Below are positions 10,782 through 20,250 of a stretch of 64,000 nt of DNA, in pieces (the first letter of the stretch is position 1; every line of letters begins with the position of its first letter). The position numbers and the translations under genes are program-made. The DNA is from Burkholderiales bacterium. Lineage in GTDB: Bacteria > Pseudomonadota > Gammaproteobacteria > Burkholderiales > Burkholderiaceae_B. The notes beneath the pieces were generated by a model. That model did no database searches. It saw only the letters and a list, made by a program, of their open reading frames with translations, and was not told the DNA's origin. The stretch spans positions 3,683 through 67,682 of the forward strand of contig JAIXTE010000125.1 in the NCBI GenBank assembly GCA_027484315.1. The letters run 5' to 3'.

Positions 10782-10847
10782 CGATAATTGGAGTTATCGT
10801 TAAAATATATTCACAACCAATAAATAATTGATAATATTATTATTATC
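10782..10847. promoter_or_regulatory. Putative recombination (res/rst-like) site between the divergent recombinase and KfrA-like genes
   Basis: CGATAA-N6-TTATCG (10782-10799) and GATAAT-N6-ATTATC (10830-10847); dif-like core geometry. Confidence 0.55.
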
Positions 10848-10859
10848 TATTTATCAGGA

Positions 10860-11954
10860 ATGCCCATGTCGAACGATCTCGATCCCAAAGAAAGCCAGGT
10901 TTCAGGCGATGCAAACCAGAAAACCCGGGATTTGGTGTTCTTGTACGCCGCGGAGTTGACGGCAGAGGGCATTGATCCCACATCAAGCAGAATCATGAAA
11001 ATGATCTACGATCGTACAAATCGCAGATCAAGCCCCAATTTGGTTACGGAGGAGCTTCGAAGCTACAAAGAGAGGATGTCCGGTGCCGCGAGCAGAGCGC
11101 TGGAGCTGTCAGGAATTGAGGATCAGTACCGACTCGCTATCATCGAATCTTTCTCCAGCATCATTCAGGTAGCCAAAATGATGTCAGATCAGTCGGTTGC
11201 AGAATACGTGAGGAAGGCTGACGAAAAAGTTGCGGAGATCGAAAAGTCCCTTCACGACGAGTCCTTCGCCAAGAGTGAACTGCAAACGGAGCTTGAGATC
11301 GCCAGGTCCAGGATTGCTGAGAACAAGGATTCCATTGCGTCACTCACTGCGGATCTAACGGAGAAAACCTCTCGTGTGGCGACCCTGGAGGCATTGATGT
11401 TCAAGCTTCAGGAGGATGTTGAGCGAGCTCACAAGGAAAATGAGGACGAAAAACTCCGATCAAGGCAGCAGGCCGAACAGTCCGCACTCTCGATTCGGCA
11501 TCTGGAGCGTGATTATGAGCTGAAAGTAGAAGCCATACGCGAATCTCGCGAACGTGAACTGGAAGAGTTGCGCTCTCAAGTTGGTCGTCAACTGGCATCC
11601 ATCGAAGAAATGAAACGTGTATTGCTAGAAGAAACAGATCGCCAGCGTCAAGCCATTGCCGCTGAGCTGAACAGGGCAAAGGTCTCAGAGAAGAATGCAC
11701 TGGAGCTCGCGTTGTCGGAAAGGGCTGCAAAAGAGAACAAAGATCAGGAAATCCAGGGTTTGAAAGCTGAGAACTCCCGATTGCAAGGGAGGCTAGAGAA
11801 TCAACAAACGCAACTGGCCATGGCTGAAACGAAGGCTCGGGAGGAGCGCCTACAATTCATCGAAGTGCTCAAATCATTCTCTACGCCAATATCGGACACA
11901 GACAAAGCCACAGAAACGGGCGGCGACTCCCCCGGGTCAGAGTCACAGTCATAG
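10860..11954 (+). CDS. KfrA/TnpT-like DNA-binding coiled-coil protein
   Basis: N-terminal AAELTAEGIDPTSSRI...SSPNLVTEELR (KfrA_N-like) followed by a long heptad coiled coil; divergent from the tyrosine recombinase. Confidence 0.7.
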   Translation: MPMSNDLDPKESQVSGDANQKTRDLVFLYAAELTAEGIDPTSSRIMKMIYDRTNRRSSPNLVTEELRSYKERMSGAASRALELSGIEDQYRLAIIESFSSIIQVAKMMSDQSVAEYVRKADEKVAEIEKSLHDESFAKSELQTELEIARSRIAENKDSIASLTADLTEKTSRVATLEALMFKLQEDVERAHKENEDEKLRSRQQAEQSALSIRHLERDYELKVEAIRESRERELEELRSQVGRQLASIEEMKRVLLEETDRQRQAIAAELNRAKVSEKNALELALSERAAKENKDQEIQGLKAENSRLQGRLENQQTQLAMAETKAREERLQFIEVLKSFSTPISDTDKATETGGDSPGSESQS

Positions 11955-12050
11955 CCGCACAAGAAAGCCCGAAATCAACGCGTTTTATTTTCTGCCGGGC
12001 TCTCAAGTCGATAGCATATAAGCAACATCCACAACTCTACGGTTGAAGAA

Positions 12051-13601
12051 TTGCTTAACGCTTTCCAGAATCTAAAATCCGACCCGCTGGGAATCCAAGA
12101 GATGTCCGAGCCCCTGGTTCGTCTTCTTGCAGCGGCGTTGTTCTTAATTGCCATGGCGGCGATTCTACAAAACCCCAATGTGCTGCTTCCTATGGTTGGC
12201 GGTGGAACGGGTATGGTTTGTCCGCCTTTTAATGAGAACTGTAACTTGTTTCTAAACGACGCTCATGAGTGGCTTCGAGAACAGTTTGGGATGAATCATT
12301 TGAGAAGCGTGCAGGCTGTTGCATTGATTCCAATCGAAGTCGGCCTGATTGCTCTTGCCCTAAATAAGGCGCGTCTTGCGTGGTTCTGTCTTTTGGCAGT
12401 TTTCTTTATGAGACTGCTTCCCGGGGTTTTTTTCCAGTTTCCTCTACTGAATTTCAATTTTTACGACATCGTATTCCTGGCAGTTTTCTTGTTCTCGAAA
12501 AACAAGATCTTCGCAGCAAAGGTGTTTTTTGTACTGCTTTATTTCGCCTCTTCCACTCTCAAATTTGACGAGGGGTGGATCTCCGGGGACTACTTCTTGA
12601 CGTTAAAGGAAGGCTTGCCTTTGGTCGGTCAAAACGTGGCGGCGGTGGTTCTCCTAACCAATGCTGTTATCGTCGCCCAGATTTTTGCCGGCTGGGCTTT
12701 GTTTTCAGAAAACAAGAACGTCCGGGTTGGGGCATTCGTGCTGTTCTCGATTTTCCACATTTATTCGGCCGCCCTGGTTGGTCTTCGGTTTCCGATGAGT
12801 ACGGTGCCGTTGCTGATTATTTTGTTCGCCTTTGACCTGCAGCGAGCGGTCCCTGCTGCGTTCAAGGATTACGCAGGCAATATTCTTGGTGGTCTTCGCG
12901 CAAAACGGCCGGGCCTAGGTATCAACGGCTTCCTGCTTTTCATGTGCGGAGCAGTTCTATTGCTTCAAACCGGAAAGATCTTGGTGCCAGGCAATGAAAA
13001 ACTGTCCGGAGAGATGAGCACCATGGGCCTTTACATGTTTGAGGCCAATCACCAGTGTGTTTCCATCGTAGAAGGGCAAAAGGGTGCCGACATTCAGTTC
13101 ATTAGGCAAACAGCTAACATATTTGCCCAGAACCGGTGCACCACGTGGGAAAACCTCTATACGGCTAGAGAAGAGTTCTGCCGAGCTTTGCCAGGTCAAG
13201 TCAATGCGCCCTTTGACAAGTATCTGTTCACATTTTACAGCTCAGTTAATGGAGCGCCGTTCTATGAGATCGTCGCTCAGGCAGACCTGTGTATTGTCGA
13301 ATACAATACCCTTGGTCCAAATCCATGGATTCGTCTTGATACGGAAAACCTAACCAGCTTTCATGCGTATGAGAACACGTATGGACATCGTGGAGGTTCC
13401 TTTGGAATGCTGCATTTTGATGCGGAGAATGACGGATTGATGCATCCCGACTTGACCAAACAATTGGATCTTCGACCAATTGATCCAGAAGATAGGCCCA
13501 CCCTAAAAGGTCTGAATACTATCTTGCAAGTGTTCTATTGGCTTGCCTTTCTCGGCGTGACTGGATTGTTTTGGAGATCGCTAATCCGCGCTGTTCGATA
13601 A
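12051..13601 (+). CDS. HTTM-like multi-pass membrane protein
   Basis: Multiple TM helices; LYFASSTLKFDEGWISG and FSIFH motifs; paralog of 52238-53755. Confidence 0.55.
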   Translation: MLNAFQNLKSDPLGIQEMSEPLVRLLAAALFLIAMAAILQNPNVLLPMVGGGTGMVCPPFNENCNLFLNDAHEWLREQFGMNHLRSVQAVALIPIEVGLIALALNKARLAWFCLLAVFFMRLLPGVFFQFPLLNFNFYDIVFLAVFLFSKNKIFAAKVFFVLLYFASSTLKFDEGWISGDYFLTLKEGLPLVGQNVAAVVLLTNAVIVAQIFAGWALFSENKNVRVGAFVLFSIFHIYSAALVGLRFPMSTVPLLIILFAFDLQRAVPAAFKDYAGNILGGLRAKRPGLGINGFLLFMCGAVLLLQTGKILVPGNEKLSGEMSTMGLYMFEANHQCVSIVEGQKGADIQFIRQTANIFAQNRCTTWENLYTAREEFCRALPGQVNAPFDKYLFTFYSSVNGAPFYEIVAQADLCIVEYNTLGPNPWIRLDTENLTSFHAYENTYGHRGGSFGMLHFDAENDGLMHPDLTKQLDLRPIDPEDRPTLKGLNTILQVFYWLAFLGVTGLFWRSLIRAVR

Positions 13602-13650
13602 GCAGGCGAAAGTTGATCTGCCTTGGAGGGGCCGGTTAATCGGGCCTTTT

Positions 13651-13977
13651 TCATTGGAGCGAGTTTGATGCTCGAATTTCGTCAGATTCAAACTGCACCG
13701 CAACCCACTCCCAATAACCCAAGTCGGTTTCCTCTTTGCTTACTGCAACTTTCCAGTCGCTCTTGGGATAGTCTGGGCACTCCCTTTGTGCGTAGCGTTC
13801 CTTCAGGTAATACGCCGCAACAGCTAGTGAGCCCTCTCGGGCCGCCTTGTCCTTTATTTGGAGTAGCGGGTGTGACTTGAGGTAATGGAGCACGCAGCTT
13901 GCAATTTCATTGGGACGCATGCTGAGATTGGTTTTTTTCTCAGGTTTTTTCACTTCAAGATTTACAATGTTTGCCAT
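13651..13977 (-). CDS. Hypothetical protein
   Basis: 108 aa with RBS GAGG; DW...V...ETDLGYWEWV motif. Confidence 0.6.
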   Translation of the reverse strand: MANIVNLEVKKPEKKTNLSMRPNEIASCVLHYLKSHPLLQIKDKAAREGSLAVAAYYLKERYAQRECPDYPKSDWKVAVSKEETDLGYWEWVAVQFESDEIRASNSLQ

Positions 13978-14059
13978 GGTTCCTCACCTTTTTGTCAATC
14001 ATAGCATATTAGCGAGGAAAGGTCTATAGCCGTAGGATTTGAAGTGATGGTTTCTCAAC

Positions 14060-14332
14060 CTATTCTTGAAGTGCCGCACGCTTTGTTTTCAGGAGGGCTC
14101 CCAATTCTTGCCTGGAGATCTCGATGGCCCCAAGTTGTAGCGCCAACTCCTTTTTTGATAGACATATGTCGTAGTGAGAGTGTGCCGTGCCAGCCTTTTG
14201 GTGCCACCGCCGCTGCACGCCTATACGATGGGCCATCTCGTGAAGTTCGGAGTCATCGTGACCGTCACTGACCATGTGGCACATGATCAGACGCCCAAAT
14301 TTGGCGTTCATGCTGTCAACGAAGATAGTCAT
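14060..14332 (-). CDS. DUF4031-family protein
   Basis: MTIFVD...CHMVSD...ELHEMAHRIG...WHQ...HYDI...ALQLGA pattern. Confidence 0.75.
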   Translation of the reverse strand: MTIFVDSMNAKFGRLIMCHMVSDGHDDSELHEMAHRIGVQRRWHQKAGTAHSHYDICLSKKELALQLGAIEISRQELGALLKTKRAALQE

Positions 14333-14335
14333 TTC

Positions 14336-14881
14336 TTAGAACCGGTAGCCCAACCCAAATGATCCGAGTGTCTCACCGTTGTTGGTTCGTGCAGTAGAGG
14401 AGCGTCCTCTTTCGTAGTCTACAGTGGTCGCTTCAAACTGCAGGAATATCTCCCTGTCTATTTGATAGCGGGCTCCAACTCCATAACCAATCCCAAAGAG
14501 GCTCATGGCTTGATTTCCAAGACCTCGTTGCCTGGAAGACTGTGATTGGCTGCCGACCCAGTTGTAGGAGATGATCCCATATAACAGAGTTTCTTTTGAT
14601 AGCACCACTCCGGGCTGAAAGCTCATGGAGAGGTAATCCTCATTGATCCTTCCCGTTGACTGAGCTGCCAGACCCATTTCAGGGTGGGCAGATGGTCTGA
14701 GGCTGTAGTTCACTGAAAACCCCGGGGTGATCTCGGGCTCAATGGTGCCACCTTTCATCGTCCCCGGCTGCATGGCCCCCTTAATGGCCACTCCTGTGTG
14801 CACCGATGGGGTCTTACCAAAAGCAGGCCCAGACAACGCAATTAGGGCGGTGGCGGCAGCGATAAAGGATCTTGATTTCAT
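14336..14881 (-). CDS. Outer-membrane beta-barrel protein
   Basis: Signal peptide, GYGVGARYQI strand, C-terminal GLGYRF Bam signal. Confidence 0.75.
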   Translation of the reverse strand: MKSRSFIAAATALIALSGPAFGKTPSVHTGVAIKGAMQPGTMKGGTIEPEITPGFSVNYSLRPSAHPEMGLAAQSTGRINEDYLSMSFQPGVVLSKETLLYGIISYNWVGSQSQSSRQRGLGNQAMSLFGIGYGVGARYQIDREIFLQFEATTVDYERGRSSTARTNNGETLGSFGLGYRF

Positions 14882-14919
14882 GAAGGTTCACCCGATTATT
14901 TTCAGTGTTGCTTAAATTT

Positions 14920-14935
14920 AAAAAAAAAAAAAAAA
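14920..14935. repeat. A16 homopolymer tract upstream of the OMP gene
   Basis: 16 consecutive A, 38 bp upstream of the OMP ATG. Confidence 0.9.
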
Positions 14936-15047
14936 CTTCGTCCGACTTGAATTTTCTAGGTTTTTCCAATTTAAATTGCAGCCATCAGTTGTGGAAATAT
15001 TATCATAAATATGCTAGGATTAACATAAATACTTGCGAGAAGGCGAT

Positions 15048-17075
15048 ATGAGCGAATCTGGGAAATTGATAAATCAAGTGGATTCTGGTTCGGGCGATTT
15101 TGAGTCCTCCGCCTCCGGTGTTTCTTTGGTGTTGGGTGATTGGGTGCTGGTTCGCCAGAGCGAAGCTGAAGATTGGCTTCCCATCGAGCAAATAGGGGTT
15201 AGCGAGGAGGGTGATCAGTGGTTCGGCTGTATCAACAAGATCGGATCCAATTTTATTCAGATTCAGACTCCCCCGACCAAGGAGGGGAGTTACTCAAGCA
15301 GACGGGTTCATAAGGATGAATTTTGGTCCCGCATAAAAATCATGACGCCGTCGGATGTGTCGATTTTGTTTTCCATGCGGGTGCAGCAGTACAAGAATGA
15401 AAGTGACGATCTACTAGAAGAGCTCAGGGTGCTCTCGCGGCGTCTTGGGTTAAACCCCGCAAACCTGATAGAGGGTGCTGCCGGGGCACAAGAGGAAAGC
15501 AGCGGTAGGTCCCTGTCTGTTTTGAATGCCCAGGACAATATCACCCAGTATCAAATGGCTCTGAAAGGTGCCAAAGATAAGGGTATTCCGGAAATCTTTA
15601 GCCGACTCAAAGTTGCCCACTCAAAAATGTACACATGGATGTCGGCCGCCTCTTTGCCTCTGGTGATCAAGGCCGGTGACGTCAAAGGCTACATTGGAGA
15701 AATAGAAGACAAGCTGCTGAACCTTGACTTGTACGCGGGCTTGTCGGAAAAGGTTGTGAAGTGCCGAGAGGGCGAGCCAGCGCCATTTGGCGAAAAGCTG
15801 CGGGTAATGCAGCGCAGACTCTATATGGATGAGGAGTGCCTGGCTGCATACCAAGCAGGAGGCATGAGATTTGGCAAGATCGCTGAATTCGATGAGTGGC
15901 TGTCCAAGCCCGAGAACATGCTGAGATTGCTTCCGTTTCCTCGAACTGTGGTGGCGTTTCAGGTTCGTCGTAAACCTGCAGAGCGCAAATGGGATGGCTC
16001 AATGTTCTCCGCCTTTGTCCAGATTGCTCTGGAAGAGTCGGACAAGTTGACGTTCATGTATATCCGTAATGGCGATCAGCTTTGGCGCTTGAACACCTCG
16101 ATTGTTTTTGAGGAAAACATTTTTCCTGATGGCTCTCTTTATGATGCTTCTGAGCCCATGATGGCCCGAGTGGAGCAGGGGTATGCAAGTGGCCCGAGGC
16201 TTGATCAAATGATTACAAAAAGGGAGTTCGATGTTCTTGTTGAGGAGCACAAGTTAAAAGAAAAGGAGAACCGCGACTGGCGTCGGGATAACCCTAAAAA
16301 AGAGTGGGAGGCCAAAAACGCCGGGCGATCCTACGAGTTCGCCATGCCCCACTCCCTTATGTACAGCGGCTTTCGTCAGAAGGACTGGCATCCAGTTGAC
16401 AAGTCCAGTGTGTTCTACGATGAATGCATGGAAAAGCTATCAAGCCAGGTGAAAAAATACAACCGCATTGCCACCATTCTTCAAGGGATATTTGATCGAT
16501 CCGATGTGCTTCATCCTCACCCACCGGTTCAGCTCTGGACGGCGCAAGGTTTCATGGACGCGATTGAGCTTATCTTCGATGCCTCAATGGTGATCGATAA
16601 TGGGGAGAAGCCTGACTTTCTGGAATTCCAGAAACGGTGCAATGCCAAGCTTGGTATTGGCAGCGTGATAGTGGGCCAAGAGAAGTATTGGAAAAAGAAA
16701 GAGGCCATCAAAGAGATGGCTAGAAGGCAGGCTGACTGGCGCCTTACTGAGGGGGAAAGATATAGGGAGCTGGAGTACTTCCATCCTCATGGCAATCCCG
16801 GACCTGGGCTTTATTACACCATTGAAAAGTTCAAGCCAGGTGCAACAATGATCAAGTGTGACTGGGAGAAGGAGCGCTGGGTACGGAATGGCTTCAAGCT
16901 CATTAAGTGCACAATCAATGTTCCTGTTGATCAGGTTCTAAACATATCAGCCTACCAGCCAGGTGATTTCAAGCGCTTCTTCGCCGATCACCGCACCAGG
17001 GCTGAGTATATGAGCTGGGCTCCGATGTTATTGGCCGCTGAGGACTGGTGGGCAAATGCGGAACCCCAGAAGTAG
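15048..17075 (+). CDS. Large hypothetical protein
   Basis: 675-aa ORF with coiled-coil N-half and aromatic-rich C-half; no recognised motif. Confidence 0.7.
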   Translation: MSESGKLINQVDSGSGDFESSASGVSLVLGDWVLVRQSEAEDWLPIEQIGVSEEGDQWFGCINKIGSNFIQIQTPPTKEGSYSSRRVHKDEFWSRIKIMTPSDVSILFSMRVQQYKNESDDLLEELRVLSRRLGLNPANLIEGAAGAQEESSGRSLSVLNAQDNITQYQMALKGAKDKGIPEIFSRLKVAHSKMYTWMSAASLPLVIKAGDVKGYIGEIEDKLLNLDLYAGLSEKVVKCREGEPAPFGEKLRVMQRRLYMDEECLAAYQAGGMRFGKIAEFDEWLSKPENMLRLLPFPRTVVAFQVRRKPAERKWDGSMFSAFVQIALEESDKLTFMYIRNGDQLWRLNTSIVFEENIFPDGSLYDASEPMMARVEQGYASGPRLDQMITKREFDVLVEEHKLKEKENRDWRRDNPKKEWEAKNAGRSYEFAMPHSLMYSGFRQKDWHPVDKSSVFYDECMEKLSSQVKKYNRIATILQGIFDRSDVLHPHPPVQLWTAQGFMDAIELIFDASMVIDNGEKPDFLEFQKRCNAKLGIGSVIVGQEKYWKKKEAIKEMARRQADWRLTEGERYRELEYFHPHGNPGPGLYYTIEKFKPGATMIKCDWEKERWVRNGFKLIKCTINVPVDQVLNISAYQPGDFKRFFADHRTRAEYMSWAPMLLAAEDWWANAEPQK

Positions 17076-17119
17076 TTTTCTGGGGTTTTCTGTTCAATTC
17101 AAGAGTCCAAGGGTTGTGC

Positions 17120-18490
17120 TTAGATGGAGCAAGCCCAGCAGATCGCGCGGCTTCCCTCTGCTTCGCCTTCCTCTTCAATTTCCTGTTCCCTGGTGTCGAC
17201 TAGGTCGTTGATGATGGGGTCTTTGGGTTTGTACAGCTCGATCCCCTCGACCTTGGCACCAGAAGCCTCATGGGTCATTTGACCCGCGTGCAACAGGATG
17301 CTGTTGGCCCACGTCAGCCAGTGTTCGGCCTGCTCTAGCGACCAGAAGCGGTGAAGGGTATAGGAGTTCTTGTCATAGTCTTTCGATGTGTCCAATAGGT
17401 CCGAATCTGCTGACACCTGGTAGATGACGTAGCGAACGTCACGTCGAAGTTCTTCTTCGTCGGAGTACTTCATCCACAGTGATTCCAGGAGGTGTTCCCA
17501 TCGCCCATTCACCTGCTTTTTGATGCCAGCGGGCGACGTGGATGTCGCCACGATCTGAGCAAAACCCACAAACTGTTCGCCGAAATATGGTGTGCCCAGT
17601 TCGAACTCCACCGCCACATATAGAGTGCTGCGTTCGGTGCTTTTGATGTTCTTTGTCGGGGCTTGTTTTACAAACTCGTCGTAATCCCAAGACGAAGGAA
17701 GAGGGTACTGGAGCCAGTTTCTTGCCACCTTGAATGTCTCTGTAGGCTTGGCAGGCTGGGCTTTAAAGCGCGCCTTGTCCGGGCCGTTAAGCTTTTCGAC
17801 GCTCTTGGCTTTGAAGTGGTCCTTTGGGAACCATTCGATCTGCATTGTAAGCTCGCCTTTTCGCTGAAAAAAACACGACGAACATCCACTACGACTTTTG
17901 GTTTTATAAAAAGAAGGGATTCCGATGGTTTCTTCCATGACGCGAAACACGTCAGCCTTCACGACGTTCATGTCCCGGTAAGGGAAGTGCACCAACTGTG
18001 AGGGGTCGCCGGACTCGAAGCCGACTCGCGATGGTTCATCCGCACGTAGCCCCACAAAGCTATGAATCTTCGCCATGCTCATGAAAGGTTTAATGGACGC
18101 CATCTTTTTTTCAAGTGGCTTGATTTTTAGATCTTTTGTGCAATATCTGGCGTTGGCCGAAGGGAGGAATCCATTGTAGTGATCGATGAGTTCATACAAA
18201 CCCTTCTCGGGCATTATTCGCTCGATTGTTACGCCAAGAAATTGCTCAAATTTGTCCAGGGTTTCATATGTGGCAGAGTGATCCGCAATTGTGTCTGTGA
18301 AAAAGTAACTAAATTTAACATTTGGAAACTTCAGCGTCATCAGGATTGCAAGGGCGCATGAGTCCACGCCTCCGCTGATGCCCATGATGTAGGTGTCAGA
18401 TTCGGGGTCGCCTGGTAGGTTGTAGGGACGGGCCAGGATTTCACGCATTTGTTCTGAAGGTTTGAATGTCGTAATATCTTTGGCTTGCAT
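17120..18490 (-). CDS. PAPS-reductase-family (PP-loop) protein with C-terminal extension
   Basis: ISGGVDS PP-loop, RYCTKDLKIKP, GLRADEPSR, RSGCSSCFFQ, terminal CWAC. Confidence 0.8.
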   Translation of the reverse strand: MQAKDITTFKPSEQMREILARPYNLPGDPESDTYIMGISGGVDSCALAILMTLKFPNVKFSYFFTDTIADHSATYETLDKFEQFLGVTIERIMPEKGLYELIDHYNGFLPSANARYCTKDLKIKPLEKKMASIKPFMSMAKIHSFVGLRADEPSRVGFESGDPSQLVHFPYRDMNVVKADVFRVMEETIGIPSFYKTKSRSGCSSCFFQRKGELTMQIEWFPKDHFKAKSVEKLNGPDKARFKAQPAKPTETFKVARNWLQYPLPSSWDYDEFVKQAPTKNIKSTERSTLYVAVEFELGTPYFGEQFVGFAQIVATSTSPAGIKKQVNGRWEHLLESLWMKYSDEEELRRDVRYVIYQVSADSDLLDTSKDYDKNSYTLHRFWSLEQAEHWLTWANSILLHAGQMTHEASGAKVEGIELYKPKDPIINDLVDTREQEIEEEGEAEGSRAICWACSI

Positions 18491-18631
18491 TTTATTCCCC
18501 CGGTTGACTTATTAAAATAATACGACAAATACACACAATTGTCAATTTAAATAAACATAACTTATTAGGCGATGATTATCGAATAAATAAAGAAATAATC
18601 AGAATAAAGTGTTATTATTTTATTCATGGTT

Positions 18632-18700
18632 TCATTGGATCACGGCCATCGACCGCCTGCGCGTAGCGGTGACATCTAACAGATGGTCGTGATCCAATGA
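18632..18700. repeat. Long imperfect inverted repeat (18 of 19 bp) enclosing an inner hairpin
   Basis: TCATTGGATCACGGCCATC (18632-18650) pairs with GATGGTCGTGATCCAATGA (18682-18700); inner ACCGC/GCGGT stem. Confidence 0.8.
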
Positions 18701-18749
18701 TTCCAGTGTTTCTTTAAAGCTTCCACTTTATTTAGCCAAGGAGTCGCCT

Positions 18750-19379
18750 GTGCCCACTAAGTCACAAACCCAGAAAGAGCATATTGAGCAGGTTGTTGCC
18801 GAAGTTGCGCGTCGCCTGGGGCGAAAATTCGACAGCCATGAAAAACACGACCTTATCTCCGTGATGGAATGTTTCGCCGCTTTTGCAATAAAAAAGCGGC
18901 TGAGATTTGACTGGCTTGAGGACGTAGATCAGGCTTGTGTAGATGTCGTTCTCAATAACGCGGGTGGTGAGACCGAAAAGATAGTCTGGCGATTCGATCT
19001 CGGAAAGAAGAAGATGGCACCTCAAAGTATGGAGTCAAAGTTAATTCACTGGTTTGCCTCAGGCGATACAGGTGTATCCAGTGAGACCATGGCTTGCGTC
19101 GCCAGCGGCGTTCCTCCGAGTAAAATTAAATATTGCGATGGGCCTCATGACCCCTCTGATTTTGGGCGCTGCTATCGTCTTGTGAAGGCGGTCCCAGAGA
19201 TAAGACGTCATTTCCCTACAATCGCGAAGAAGGTGCCTGCTTTTCGTGAAATCCTTAAGAATTGGGATGACCTGGTGAGTATTTACGAGCGCGATTTCGC
19301 TTCCGGCAAAAGTCAGGACCTTTACGACCGAATAAAAGAACTTCGGGGTGACCGCCCGATTGCGCGCCAAGCTGCATAA
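18750..19379 (+). CDS. Hypothetical protein (W..SGD.G.SS / P.D..DF.RC family)
   Basis: GGAG RBS with GTG start; C-domain similar to 60702-61310. Confidence 0.65.
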   Translation: MPTKSQTQKEHIEQVVAEVARRLGRKFDSHEKHDLISVMECFAAFAIKKRLRFDWLEDVDQACVDVVLNNAGGETEKIVWRFDLGKKKMAPQSMESKLIHWFASGDTGVSSETMACVASGVPPSKIKYCDGPHDPSDFGRCYRLVKAVPEIRRHFPTIAKKVPAFREILKNWDDLVSIYERDFASGKSQDLYDRIKELRGDRPIARQAA

Positions 19380-19453
19380 TTGTGAGGATATTCTTTTGAT
19401 ATTCAGGGCCCGAACGCTATGATTTGGGTATCTTAAAAAACTATGGAGTCAAT

Positions 19454-20206
19454 ATGTCAACGGATTTGCAAATAGCAATTGAGAGCTCATTCTTGCTTCA
19501 GGATGCCGCCAATAAAGTTATGGCTGGTCCCGACTGGAAAGAACAGGGACTCGATTGGACAACTTGCGCATTGACAGAGCTTGGGGAATTCTTTGGTTGG
19601 ACCGCTTATAAGCACTGGAAGAAAAGTGATGACTACCAACCAAATTGGCACCAGGCTTTCATTGAGATTGTTGATAGTTACCACTTTATGCTGTCGGCTG
19701 CCATTGAATACGACGTTACGCCTGGAAAAGCCTTAAAGCAAGCACTTGAGTCTGTTTCGATTACCAATGAGCGTGAGGCTCTTGAGGCCTTTACTAACGC
19801 AACCACGGTCGGAGAGAAGAAGAGCCTCGCAAAAAATGCTGTTAAATCACTGATGGCTTACTGTTTAGATGCTGAGGATAACCCCTCCAGGCTGTCTAAA
19901 GTCGTGTCTGAGCATCTGGCTGCTGCGGCAGCAGTAGGTTTCTCGCGGGATGAGTTTTTCGCGGCTTACGTTCCAAAGAACACTCTAAACTTGTTTAGGC
20001 AGTTCAACGGCGACCGTCAGGGAACATATCCACGCATGTGGGAGTTTGAGGGTCAGACGATTGAGGACAACCAGGTTGTTGAAATCCTTACCAAAAGAAA
20101 TCCGGAACTCGCGCTGGACTCTATCGGATTGGCGACCGAACTTGGAAAAATCCTTTCTTCGTTCGCACCAGCAAAGGCTTCAAAGCCCGGCGGCCCCTCT
20201 GTTTAA
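19454..20206 (+). CDS. Dimeric all-alpha dUTPase (dUTPase_2 family)
   Basis: ELGE...YKHWKK, EIVDSYHFMLS, YVPKNTLNLFRQ..G...GTY..MW, EDN. Confidence 0.85.
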   Translation: MSTDLQIAIESSFLLQDAANKVMAGPDWKEQGLDWTTCALTELGEFFGWTAYKHWKKSDDYQPNWHQAFIEIVDSYHFMLSAAIEYDVTPGKALKQALESVSITNEREALEAFTNATTVGEKKSLAKNAVKSLMAYCLDAEDNPSRLSKVVSEHLAAAAAVGFSRDEFFAAYVPKNTLNLFRQFNGDRQGTYPRMWEFEGQTIEDNQVVEILTKRNPELALDSIGLATELGKILSSFAPAKASKPGGPSV

Positions 20207-20223
20207 GTAGTATCGCAAGAATC

Positions 20224-20250
20224 AAAAAAAGGCCCCTGGGGGCCTTTTTT
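20224..20250. terminator. Bidirectional rho-independent terminator
   Basis: A7-GGCCCCTGGGGGCC-T6 between convergent genes. Confidence 0.8.

Noticed and set aside
9499-11954. Prophage integrase or complete Tn3-family transposon
   Set aside because: No phage structural genes, transposase or 38-bp GGGG terminal repeats were seen; only the resolution module is supported.
17120-18490. PAPS reductase as the CysH of a type IV-B system
   Set aside because: It lies about 19 kb from the csf genes; the locus has DinG, Csf5 and an array (IV-A) and no Cas11.
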